Below the pieces are notes generated by a model that worked only from the letters and a program-made list of their open reading frames with translations, did not search any database and was not told the origin of the DNA. Positions 10,698 through 20,756 of a DNA stretch of 64,000 nucleotides are shown piece after piece (positions within the stretch are counted from its first letter, which is position 1; the number at the start of each line of letters is the position of its first letter). This DNA is from Deltaproteobacteria bacterium (GTDB lineage Bacteria > Desulfobacterota > B13-G15 > RBG-16-54-18): positions 5,165 to 69,164 of the forward strand of contig JAFGNJ010000028.1 of the NCBI GenBank assembly GCA_016927065.1. Reading direction: 5' to 3'. Made by a program: the position numbers and the translations under genes.

Positions 10698-10794
10698 CAG
10701 AAGGGGTCGATCCCGCACCTTAATTAGGATTTTATGGACTGCGGGAGGGAGTACGCTGCTTAGAAGCTTTTTAGATAACAATAAAATTACCTAA

Positions 10795-12138
<1,344 letters not shown>

Positions 12139-12146
12139 AGTAACCC

Positions 12147-12178
12147 AGTCACCCCCGTTTTTGCGGGGGTGACTTTTT
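12147..12178 (+). terminator. Rho-independent terminator after ahcY
   Basis: Perfect 11-bp stem AGTCACCCCCG / CGGGGGTGACT, 6-nt loop, followed by T run. Confidence 0.88.
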
Positions 12179-12214
12179 AGGGTGATAATTTTTTATACCA
12201 ATTAAAAATTAATA

Positions 12215-12493
12215 ATGTCTGATATAGACACTTTTGCAATTGGTGTACTTGACTTTCTAGCTATTCTTGCCGCAGCTTGTTTTATTGTGTCATCCATATT
12301 GTTAGCTAAATCAATAAAATTCCGAGCAGAAGATTTAAAGAATCTCAAAAAAGAAGGCGGCGAACTTTCTAAAAATATAGAAAAAATGGGAAGCCCTGGA
12401 CGCATAATAAAACGGAATCTAATATTCGGGTGGATATTAAATGCCCTTGGATATGGCCTTTTAGTTATGAGCATCGTTTTAAGACACGCATAG
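12215..12493 (+). CDS. Small two-TM hypothetical membrane protein
   Basis: 92 aa, two hydrophobic helices separated by a Lys-rich loop; AT-rich; directly upstream of AbiV-like gene. Confidence 0.6.
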   Translation: MSDIDTFAIGVLDFLAILAAACFIVSSILLAKSIKFRAEDLKNLKKEGGELSKNIEKMGSPGRIIKRNLIFGWILNALGYGLLVMSIVLRHA

Positions 12494-12536
12494 GACCATA
12501 CACTTTTGGCCGCGAGAAAAGCAAAGAGATAAAAAT

Positions 12537-13124
12537 ATGAGACCTAGTCCAAAAACACTTTCAAAATTAAAAAAAGATGTCTATCTGAACGCTTTTCGGC
12601 TATTTTCTGATGCCTGTTTATTATATGAAAGTAATGCATATCCAAGTTCTTTTGCACTAGCAATACTGTCTCTTGAAGAACTTGGAAAGTTAGAAATGAT
12701 TGATCATATATGCGATGACATAATTTTGAACCCAGATCACGATCCGCAAGATTTTTTAAGTTTTCTTTTTTCTAGAAGCATGTTTTTTTCTCATAAGAAC
12801 AAGCAAGCATGGGCATCGTTAGACGCGGCTTCAAAAAAGACACATAAAAAGAGGATTAAAGAAATTTCTGATGGTCATTTAGAAAAAACAAAGCAAAAGG
12901 CATTTTATGTAGGATATAAAAATCGTATAAATAATCCAAACAAGATAACATCAAAGCAGGCATTAAAAGAAATAAAAATAGTACATAATAAATTTATTGA
13001 TTTGAAGGATTTAGGGTTTAATGGGTTTTATTGTGAAGAAACAGAAGAATCTATTGAAGAAGCTAAAAAGTATTTATTACAAGTTAAAAATAAATTTAAA
13101 AAAATAAAATCTGTAGCAAAATAA
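12537..13124 (+). CDS. AbiV family (HEPN-like) abortive infection protein
   Basis: NAxRLxxDAxLL, ALAILSLEELGK, SHKNKQ and QKAFYVG motifs as in the AbiV family; strongly AT-rich. Confidence 0.75.
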   Translation: MRPSPKTLSKLKKDVYLNAFRLFSDACLLYESNAYPSSFALAILSLEELGKLEMIDHICDDIILNPDHDPQDFLSFLFSRSMFFSHKNKQAWASLDAASKKTHKKRIKEISDGHLEKTKQKAFYVGYKNRINNPNKITSKQALKEIKIVHNKFIDLKDLGFNGFYCEETEESIEEAKKYLLQVKNKFKKIKSVAK

Positions 13125-13201
13125 TTGAGGGAAATTCAGGAAAACCACTTAACCTTGAGCAAAAGTCCTGATCTTATTGTTTTCTGACATAAAAAACAAA
13201 A

Positions 13202-13813
13202 ATGAAAAAAATCTTTATCGCATTGCTCGTTCTGTTAGGCCTCCTAAGCTGTAGGCCGGCCAGCGAATATCAGCCGCAAAATGGCGACATTATCTTTCAT
13301 GCCTCACAATCGTCTCAGAGTCTTGCTATTCAGAAGGCCACAAAGTCTCAATACAGCCACATGGGGATTATCTTCCTACAAAATGGAACACCCTTTGTCT
13401 TCGAGGCTGTTGGACCAGTCAAGTTCACTCCTCTTCGCGATTGGGTCGCCCGCGGCAACGGCAAGCATTATGTAGTGAAACGCCTTGCCAATGCCCAAGA
13501 AGTTATTACTAAAGAAGCAGCCAATCGTATGGTAGAGGTTGGAGAACTATTTGAAGGCAAACCCTACGATCTTTATTTTGAGTGGTCGGATAATAGGGTT
13601 TATTGCTCTGAACTGGTCTGGAAGATATACAAGCAGGCCCTTAATCTAGAAATCGGTGAGCTCCAAACCATGGCTGAATTTGATCTTACAGATCCTTTGG
13701 TTCAAAAAAAGATTCGCGAGCGATTTGGCGATTCTGTGCCGAAGGACGAAAAGGTAATATCCCCGGCTGCCATCTTCGCCTCGAATCTGTTGATTGAGGT
13801 ACATAAAGAGTAA
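13202..13813 (+). CDS. YiiX/YebB permuted papain-like (NlpC/P60) lipoprotein
   Basis: GDIIF...YSHMG (His), FEAVGPVK, GKPYD, YCSELVWK (Cys) in permuted order; lipobox LLSC. Confidence 0.88.
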   Translation: MKKIFIALLVLLGLLSCRPASEYQPQNGDIIFHASQSSQSLAIQKATKSQYSHMGIIFLQNGTPFVFEAVGPVKFTPLRDWVARGNGKHYVVKRLANAQEVITKEAANRMVEVGELFEGKPYDLYFEWSDNRVYCSELVWKIYKQALNLEIGELQTMAEFDLTDPLVQKKIRERFGDSVPKDEKVISPAAIFASNLLIEVHKE

Positions 13814-13942
13814 CAAGTAGAACGGGGAACTAAGACACGTTGGTGCCTAAGGTACTTGGCAAAGATAAAGAATTTCTTGTCATAATAAAATTAGAATATT
13901 AGTGGGGGGTTATTCTATGCTGCTTGCCGGAGATGTACATTC

Positions 13943-14746
13943 ATGACACCACTTGATCGGATTCTCTCTCAATACCCCGCTATCAAGGAGATTCTCTTTT
14001 TTTTAAATGACAATCTGCCGCTTATCTTCGGCATCTCTTTCTTCCTGTTCATTCTATTCATCTTCTACTGGGCCTTTTTCAGAGCACCGCGCAAGGCGGC
14101 GAAGCTTCTCAGGGGTCTCGAACAAAAAGGATATAGTCCGGTCCGACCCGATGACCCACAATTAAAGAATACGCTCGAGCGGCTAACTCCGATCATGTTT
14201 CACACCTACAAGCTGTCAACAGTCAGGGAGACTTCCCCCTGGAGGGTCAAGCTGGCCTACGGGCAGCACGACAGCTGGACGAACAGGTTTTTCGCACTGA
14301 TCAATCGTTCCGTGATCCGAACACCACCCGGTAAGAGGAAATGGGAGCACCAGTTTACCATTGCTTTTTTCGAGATCCGTCCCCTCCCGTTCAGACAGGA
14401 GGTACATATTGCCGGGGATCGCTATAAGCTCGATCCCGAATACGGACTGCACGCGGTCGGCAAAGATGCCATTGGGTTGCTTTCCTCACGATTCGTCATC
14501 CATACGCGGGACGGAAAGCTTGACCCATTGCCCGCTCTCCTTCAGGACGCCCTTATAGCATGTGCGCCGTTCCTCAGCATCCGCGCGGTAAAAAAAGGGC
14601 ACTTGAATGATCCTTTCCTCTTCTATGCCCGGATCAGGTTCACTCCTGAAGGATGGGGGCTCATCTCCAACGAATATGTGTATAATCAGAAGAAGATGGA
14701 CGCCCTGCTGGAGGTCGTGGACCGTATTTCTCTGTCGCTTGAATGA
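13943..14746 (+). CDS. Hypothetical protein with N-terminal TM anchor
   Basis: 267-aa ORF, GGAG SD, single hydrophobic segment; no family recognised. Confidence 0.65.
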   Translation: MTPLDRILSQYPAIKEILFFLNDNLPLIFGISFFLFILFIFYWAFFRAPRKAAKLLRGLEQKGYSPVRPDDPQLKNTLERLTPIMFHTYKLSTVRETSPWRVKLAYGQHDSWTNRFFALINRSVIRTPPGKRKWEHQFTIAFFEIRPLPFRQEVHIAGDRYKLDPEYGLHAVGKDAIGLLSSRFVIHTRDGKLDPLPALLQDALIACAPFLSIRAVKKGHLNDPFLFYARIRFTPEGWGLISNEYVYNQKKMDALLEVVDRISLSLE

Positions 14747-14800
14747 ACGTGTCGCAGTATCGGAGTCGCGTTTTCACATGGAAAAAGTTCTGAAGCTCAT

Positions 14801-15112
14801 ATGATCAGATGTTCCCAATGCGGAAGGGAGTTCGACCAGCAGACGAATAAAGGATTTCGTGCGTCTATCTCTGGCGGCATCATGGGAGATGAATATATTG
14901 AATCGTACTTTTTTTGTGATCATTGTGAGGTTTACACAGTAGAGGTTTGTCATGACCGATTTCTTGGCGAGGAGGACGTCTCTATACGGGGTCCGGTGTC
15001 TAAATCAGACGGCGATGCAAAGGTCGAATTGATTAAACAGTGCACCGAGCCCTGGAACAAAAAATGCCGCTGTGAAGCGCACCAGGCATATTTTGGGCCA
15101 TGGCTTGACTGA
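14801..15112 (+). CDS. Small Cys-rich hypothetical protein (putative Zn-binding)
   Basis: CSQC, CDHC and C-x6-CRC-x2-H clusters in 103 aa. Confidence 0.7.
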   Translation: MIRCSQCGREFDQQTNKGFRASISGGIMGDEYIESYFFCDHCEVYTVEVCHDRFLGEEDVSIRGPVSKSDGDAKVELIKQCTEPWNKKCRCEAHQAYFGPWLD

Positions 15113-15260
15113 CAATAGCGCCGATAGAGAGATTTGTAGTCATTCCTATGCGAGCGCACGAGGATTTCGGGAGATAGGGCTTGCGGCTTGGCATTGAACA
15201 AAAGAAGTGAACAACATCTGCGAGATTTTTATAGTCTTATAGTATAGGAGGGTTCTCAGA

Positions 15261-16445
15261 ATGAAACGGATAATAATAGCATCCATAATACTTATAATGA
15301 TTATTGCAGGAGGATTGATCATAACATGGTTGAGATCATCCACCCCCTCGTTTGATAACCTAGATCAGGCAATGGAATATCTGGTTTCCAACTTGGTAGA
15401 GAAGGACAAATCAGTTAAGAATTGCGTTCTTTCCGTGATGAAGGGTGATGGTTCCTTCTCCTGGTCAGGCGCGACGGGAATCGCCAGCCAAGACAATCAG
15501 GTGCCCATGACCAAAGACACCCCTATCTATATCGCCAGTATCACCAAGCTATATACGGCCACGGCAATTATGCGATTATATGAAAGTGGAGCGCTCTCGT
15601 TAGATGATCCGATGGCGAAATACCTTCCGGAAGGGCTTATTCGAGGCATTCATGTGTATCAGGGAAAGGATTATTCCAGCGAGATTACCATAAAACAATT
15701 GTTGTCGCATACCTCAGGCATAGCGGATTACTATACCGAGAAGCCGAAAGGAGGAAACAGCCTCTTTGAATTGTTCCTGCAAGAGCCGGACCGTTCATGG
15801 ACCGTGGATGAGACAATCGAAAGGGCACGAAAGGATCTCAAACCTAATTTCCCGCCAGGCACGGCGGCATCCTATTCAGACACCAATTTCCAGTTATTGG
15901 GTAAGATTATCGAGGCCGTAACCGGCAAGCCGCTTCATATTGTTTTTGAGGAATTTTTCTTTCGTCCCCTGGGCCTCACGCACACGTGGTTGATCGGCCG
16001 TTCGAAACCACAGGTCGCACCATCCGCCAAGCCTGCGGACGTATTTTACAAAGATATGAATATTACCAAGACCCGCACGAATGGGAGCTACTGGGCTGAC
16101 GGCGGTATTGTTTCCACCGCAGATGAAATGATCGTTTTCTTAAAAGCCCTCAATGAAGGCCGCTTAGTTAGCAGCGACACGCTGAAATTGATGCACAACT
16201 GGCACAAATTGCACTTTCCGCTACAATATGGGTACGGCACGATGTACGTCAAATTCCCCCGCTTCATGAACATGGTCATGCAAGTGCCGTCCTTGTGGGG
16301 ACATTCGGGTTCTACCGGCTCATTCCTGTACTATTCCGAGGACCTGAATCTGTACCTGGCCGGGACCATTGATCAGACAGCATCGCAATCGAAACCGTTT
16401 AGAGTAATGTCTAAGGTCATCAAGGCTATGCAATTGAAAAGGTAG
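15261..16445 (+). CDS. Serine hydrolase, beta-lactamase/PBP-like family
   Basis: SITK (SxxK), LLSHTSG, YSDTN, WGHSG; N-terminal anchor; AGGAGG SD. Confidence 0.9.
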   Translation: MKRIIIASIILIMIIAGGLIITWLRSSTPSFDNLDQAMEYLVSNLVEKDKSVKNCVLSVMKGDGSFSWSGATGIASQDNQVPMTKDTPIYIASITKLYTATAIMRLYESGALSLDDPMAKYLPEGLIRGIHVYQGKDYSSEITIKQLLSHTSGIADYYTEKPKGGNSLFELFLQEPDRSWTVDETIERARKDLKPNFPPGTAASYSDTNFQLLGKIIEAVTGKPLHIVFEEFFFRPLGLTHTWLIGRSKPQVAPSAKPADVFYKDMNITKTRTNGSYWADGGIVSTADEMIVFLKALNEGRLVSSDTLKLMHNWHKLHFPLQYGYGTMYVKFPRFMNMVMQVPSLWGHSGSTGSFLYYSEDLNLYLAGTIDQTASQSKPFRVMSKVIKAMQLKR

Positions 16446-16515
16446 CTTCAGTTAAGGGCTTCTGTGTCGCCGTTTGACATGGGGAAAATCTCTATGCAAT
16501 AGGGTCAATATAAGA

Positions 16516-17415
16516 ATGTCACAGAAACGGATTGAGCATACAACATCCAGGACTGCCGAGTGGATCTGCATGTGCCGGGCAATCTCCTCTCTTGAGAAAG
16601 ATCCTTGCTACCGAAGCGCAGATTGGGTTGCGCGATCCCTCTTGCCTGACTTTCTGCGGCTGTTGATCCGTATCCCCTACGTCGCAAAACTCTTGATCAA
16701 GGCCTTTTCGACAAAGGGGAGCTATGAATACGTGATCGCACGAACGAAGTATATCGACGCTGTTTTCAGCCAGGCCCTCTCCGACCGGTTTGCGCAGATA
16801 CTCCTCTTTGGCGCAGGGTTTGATACGAGGGCGTTGCGCCTTCAGGGCAAAGAACAAAAAACCAGGATATTCGAGCTGGATGCGCCCGCGACACAGCAGG
16901 CAAAGATCAACCAGTATCAAAAGCGGCACCTCGGCATCCCCTCCAATGTGGTGTTTGTCCCCATCGATTTTGACAAGGAATCCCTGACAATGAAGCTGGA
17001 TCAGGCCGGGTTCAACCGTGATGCGCGAAGTCTCTTCATCTTGGAAGGGGTGTTGATGTATCTGCTGCCCTCATCGGTTGATCAAACGTTTCGGACGATC
17101 CGGGAGCTAGCCGGGGCAGGGAGCGAGGTTGTTTTCGACTATGTCTATGCCTCCGTTCTCCGGCATGAAGAAAAATATTATGGCGAAAAAGGTTTTGCAG
17201 ATGCCGTGGCAAAGACTGGTGAGGAGTGGCGCTTCGGCATCGAGAAGGGAGAGATCAAGCAGTTTCTCTCGAAATACGGCTTGGAGCTTCGCGACCACCG
17301 GGATGCGGGCGAGCTGGAGGAGATGTATTTCAAAGACCCATCCGGCAGGATCGTCGGACGGGTCAATGGCACGCACTGCCTGACAAGGACCAGCTGGATC
17401 AAGGGTACGGCTTGA
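16516..17415 (+). CDS. Class I SAM-dependent methyltransferase (LCM/TIGR00027-like)
   Basis: ARTKYID, FGAGFDTR, FELD, LEGVLMYL, VFDY motifs. Confidence 0.88.
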   Translation: MSQKRIEHTTSRTAEWICMCRAISSLEKDPCYRSADWVARSLLPDFLRLLIRIPYVAKLLIKAFSTKGSYEYVIARTKYIDAVFSQALSDRFAQILLFGAGFDTRALRLQGKEQKTRIFELDAPATQQAKINQYQKRHLGIPSNVVFVPIDFDKESLTMKLDQAGFNRDARSLFILEGVLMYLLPSSVDQTFRTIRELAGAGSEVVFDYVYASVLRHEEKYYGEKGFADAVAKTGEEWRFGIEKGEIKQFLSKYGLELRDHRDAGELEEMYFKDPSGRIVGRVNGTHCLTRTSWIKGTA

Positions 17416-17427
17416 CGTTTGACCATG

Positions 17428-17468
17428 CTCTGATCTCATTAGTTTTTAAAGATTCAGAGTCTTTTTTT
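17428..17468 (+). terminator. Possible weak intrinsic terminator
   Basis: CTCTGA-TCT / AGA-T-TCAGAG bulged stem with large loop, then T7. Confidence 0.3.
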
Positions 17469-17522
17469 AATGCTAATGGACTGATAATATGATATAAATA
17501 TTGGCCAAAGGAGAATGTCGAA

Positions 17523-18179
17523 ATGGAAAACATAGTACAGTGGGCAAAGGAGTTGAAACAGGCGCTGGGCAATAACCTGGTGAGCGTCATCCTATACGGG
17601 AGCGCGACGCGCGGGGAGTATGTCCGAGCCCGATCGGACCTGAATCTGATGCTCGTCTTCAAAAAGCTTGATCTGGGGCATATAACGCAAGTCGGGAAAT
17701 TAATGCGCAGGAAGGTGCGAAAGCAGTTGCCGCAAATGGTCTTTTGGACCGAAGATGAATTAGCGAATGCCTGGGATGTCTTCCCCCTGGAGTTCGAGGA
17801 TATTATGGAAAACCACCGATGCCTTCTGGGTAAGGATCCCTTTACAAAACGAAAAGTCGATAAAAAACACATGCGGTATCAAATAGAGTTTGAGCTCCGT
17901 TCTAAGCTGATCAACGTGCGGGACACCTGGCTGAACAGCTATCGGAACAAATACGCACTTGAGATGTTCCTCATCAAGGCGGGTAACTCATTCGACTACC
18001 TCATCCGCAAGGCCGATACCGTCCTCGGCAAAAAACTGGTTATTCCCCAGGACGTCTTTGACAAGATCAAGAAACTGAAAAAGAAGGAAATTCGCTTAAA
18101 ACGAGGCGAGCTCCAAGGGCTTTTCCATCAATTGCACGAAACCGTAGAATCTGTGATCGGTCAAATCGATAAGGCGTAA
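17523..18179 (+). CDS. Pol-beta-type nucleotidyltransferase domain protein
   Basis: ILYGSATRG...SDLN (GS..DxN), DVFPLEF, LLGKDP; AGGAG SD. Confidence 0.8.
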   Translation: MENIVQWAKELKQALGNNLVSVILYGSATRGEYVRARSDLNLMLVFKKLDLGHITQVGKLMRRKVRKQLPQMVFWTEDELANAWDVFPLEFEDIMENHRCLLGKDPFTKRKVDKKHMRYQIEFELRSKLINVRDTWLNSYRNKYALEMFLIKAGNSFDYLIRKADTVLGKKLVIPQDVFDKIKKLKKKEIRLKRGELQGLFHQLHETVESVIGQIDKA

Positions 18180-18184
18180 GCCAC

Positions 18185-19138
18185 ATGAAAGGGTTATCCA
18201 TGAATCGGGTACGACGAATCGTTCTGCTGGTCAGCTGTATCTGCGTGGTCGCTTCGACGTGCGCATGGGCGGCAATGCCAGCAAGGCCGCAGGGCTGGGT
18301 CAATGATTTTTCCGGCATTCTTTCCGACAACACTCGGGCCCAGATCACCGGCCTGTGCGATGAGGTAAAAAGATCCACCGGCGCTGAGATAGCCGTGGTG
18401 ACGGTCACCTCGTTAGAGGGGATGAGCGTTGAAGAGTATGCCGTCAGGCTCTTCGAACAATGGGGAATCGGGGAAAAGGATAAAGATAACGGCGTCCTCT
18501 TCCTCATCGCGCCGAACGAGCGCAAGACGCGCATCGAGGTCGGCTACGGCCTGGAGCCCGTCATCACGGACGGCCGGGCAGGCGAGATTATCAGAGAGAC
18601 CGCATTGCCTTTTTTCAGGGCGAATGATTACGACCAGGGGATTTTACAAGGGAGCAGGCAGATCGCGGCGTTTATTACCGGCAAGGACTTTGTGCCCAGC
18701 GTTCAAATACCAGAGACTGAGCCGCAGTCAGATGAGCCGTGGCCGGTAAAGGTGGGCATCATGCTCTTTTTCGCCCTCTTTATTACCTTGGGTTTTCTGG
18801 CCATAGGTTATGCGCTGCGTCAGAAGGGGCAGGGCTTTTTCCTGATCTGGGGTGCAGGCTTCGGGGGTATTCCCTTGGCCATGAGCTTTGCGTTTAGCTG
18901 GGCTATGGGATTTCCCATATACATCCTGCCGGCGTGGGCCCTGTTCGTACTCATCATTGGGCTGCGTTATGCCAAAACGACTATCCACAAAGCCTTATCG
19001 TCGGGTGCCTCGTCGTCCGGCGGGAGAAGGTCTTACTCCAGTAGCGGGTCCAGCTTCGGCAGTTTCAGCGGCGGTTCCAGCTTCGGTGGCTTCAGCGGTG
19101 GGTCATCAGGCGGAGGGGGCTCCAGCGGATCGTGGTAA
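18185..19138 (+). CDS. TPM domain membrane protein (YgcG family)
   Basis: VNDFSGIL, EIAVVTV, WGIG..DNGVL, RIEVGYGLE; TM helices; Gly/Ser tail ending GGGGSSGSW. Confidence 0.92.
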   Translation: MKGLSMNRVRRIVLLVSCICVVASTCAWAAMPARPQGWVNDFSGILSDNTRAQITGLCDEVKRSTGAEIAVVTVTSLEGMSVEEYAVRLFEQWGIGEKDKDNGVLFLIAPNERKTRIEVGYGLEPVITDGRAGEIIRETALPFFRANDYDQGILQGSRQIAAFITGKDFVPSVQIPETEPQSDEPWPVKVGIMLFFALFITLGFLAIGYALRQKGQGFFLIWGAGFGGIPLAMSFAFSWAMGFPIYILPAWALFVLIIGLRYAKTTIHKALSSGASSSGGRRSYSSSGSSFGSFSGGSSFGGFSGGSSGGGGSSGSW

Positions 19139-19157
19139 CTGCGCCCTTGTTAGATCT

Positions 19158-20396
19158 TTATCTTTGAGTTTGTGGTAATTTGATCTTCCGACAGAAGCAG
19201 AAAAGGATGGAGGCAACGCTTACGACGCCGGCAAGGAGAAACCACGCGCGCTGATATCCACCGAAGGTATCAAAGATCCACCCGGCCAAAGGCGCGCCGA
19301 TCAGCTGCCCCAGCATCAGGAAACTCCCTGCCAGGCCGATGATCGTACCCAATCGCTCTCTGCCGAAATACCCAGCTAATAATCCGCTCAACATGGGCAC
19401 ACCACCCCCCCAGCCGATGCCAAAGGCGAGAATGAATATCGGGATCGGCCAGAGCCACCCAAACGCTGAAAATGCCAGCATGAGGGCACCGAGGCCGGTG
19501 AGCAGAAAGGCCAGGAACGCGACCCAGCGCCGGTCAATCCGATCACCCAGCCAGCCAAAGCCGATGCGACCTATAATCGTCACCAGCGGCACGGCGCAGG
19601 CTATAGTACTTTGCGTTGATCTCGCCATGCCAAGGCTGCTGAAGTACGGCATGATATGGGTCATCACGGCGCTGACAGGTAGACCGTGGAAGAGAAAGGC
19701 CACGGCGATAAACCAAAAGGTCCCGCTGGCCAGAGCCGCTTTCGCTCCGAAATTGGCCTCTTGACTTGGTGTTGTAATGGTTTGTTCCTTATCTGCGAGA
19801 GGGCTCTGTACCTCGCCGTCAGGGAGGTAGCCATACTTCTCGGGCCGGTGTCGGAGGAGGAATGACAATGGCAAGGGTATAGCCCACATCCCCACCCCCA
19901 TAATTATCATGGCCTGCCGCCATCCGCATGTATCAATTACCCATGTTACCAGGAGAAGGAGCAACCCCCCCAATGGAACGCCGCTGGCCGCGAGCCCCAT
20001 GGCTAACCCCACCCTTTTGCGGAACCATTTTGCTACGGCTGACATCAACAAAGACGTTGAGGCAGTCGTTAATCCTGCAGCGATAAAAACAAAAGAGACG
20101 TAAAACATTGTAAGAGATTGGATTTGGCTCAGGAGGATTAACCCAAGGCCGCTGAGGATTGCCCCGCTCGAAACCAATTTTCTTGGCCCCCAGCGATCCA
20201 TGAGCATACCGGCAACGGCGACAAGAAGGCCGGTCTCCAGGCCGCGCAATGAGGCCGCGAGGGAAATTTGGGTATAGCTCCAGCCGAATTCTCGTGCGAT
20301 GGGTTCAAAGGCGGCGGTAAAACCCAGGTATAACGTTCCACTGGTATAAACCGAAATAAGAGAACAGGCAATTACAAAATACCATCCATAGTACAT
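19158..20396 (-). CDS. MFS transporter (OFA/monocarboxylate-like), copy 1
   Basis: YYGW start, GMLMDRWGPR motif A, GWLGDRIDRR, ~12 TM. Confidence 0.92.
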   Translation of the reverse strand: MYYGWYFVIACSLISVYTSGTLYLGFTAAFEPIAREFGWSYTQISLAASLRGLETGLLVAVAGMLMDRWGPRKLVSSGAILSGLGLILLSQIQSLTMFYVSFVFIAAGLTTASTSLLMSAVAKWFRKRVGLAMGLAASGVPLGGLLLLLVTWVIDTCGWRQAMIIMGVGMWAIPLPLSFLLRHRPEKYGYLPDGEVQSPLADKEQTITTPSQEANFGAKAALASGTFWFIAVAFLFHGLPVSAVMTHIMPYFSSLGMARSTQSTIACAVPLVTIIGRIGFGWLGDRIDRRWVAFLAFLLTGLGALMLAFSAFGWLWPIPIFILAFGIGWGGGVPMLSGLLAGYFGRERLGTIIGLAGSFLMLGQLIGAPLAGWIFDTFGGYQRAWFLLAGVVSVASILFCFCRKIKLPQTQR

Positions 20397-20756
20397 CTAA
20401 CGTCTCCGTATATCTGTTGCACAATAGCATATATGTTATCTTCGGGCAACGCATTATCGCTGCTGGCACGTGTGGATTGTGTATAGCACCCATTGAAAAG
20501 CGCCCTTTTAAGAGATATTGTTGGAGTAGTAGAGGAAGGTGTATCCTTTACTGTGAGTCAATGACAGGATGCATTTTTGTCCGTATTGTTGAAACCACCA
20601 ATCCTTTTACGATCATGACTTATATATATTATTGACACATTATTATTACTGTGCTACGTCTCTAAGCTCGTGGAAAGGCTTTACAATGAAAATAATTAAT
20701 ATGACTTCTGGTATTGAAGAACAATACAATCATCATTTTTATCGTAGTGAGAGCAG

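Noticed and set aside
9615-10781. 388-aa antisense ORF over metK, and similar long shadow ORFs (28780-29676, 30570-31262, 43358-44044, 51445-52317)
   Set aside because: They mirror well-conserved genes in GC-rich, codon-biased DNA and show no motifs, SD or promoter; expected artefacts
15261-16445. Antibiotic-resistance beta-lactamase
   Set aside because: Motifs (SITK, YSD, GHSG) fit the broad esterase/peptidase serine hydrolase family, not AmpC (YxN, KTG)
12494-17522. Integron cassette array explanation for the co-oriented accessory genes
   Set aside because: Spacers lack paired RYYYAAC...GTTRRRY attC ends, share no repeat, and no intI is present
19005-19135. Gly/Ser codon repeats at the end of the TPM gene
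   Set aside because: Normal low-complexity tail of the TPM/YgcG family, not a DNA repeat element
20463-20480. sigma54 promoter candidates TGGCACG at 20464 and TGGCAC at 41404
   Set aside because: The -12 GC is missing or off by one base from the strict GG-N10-GC spacing
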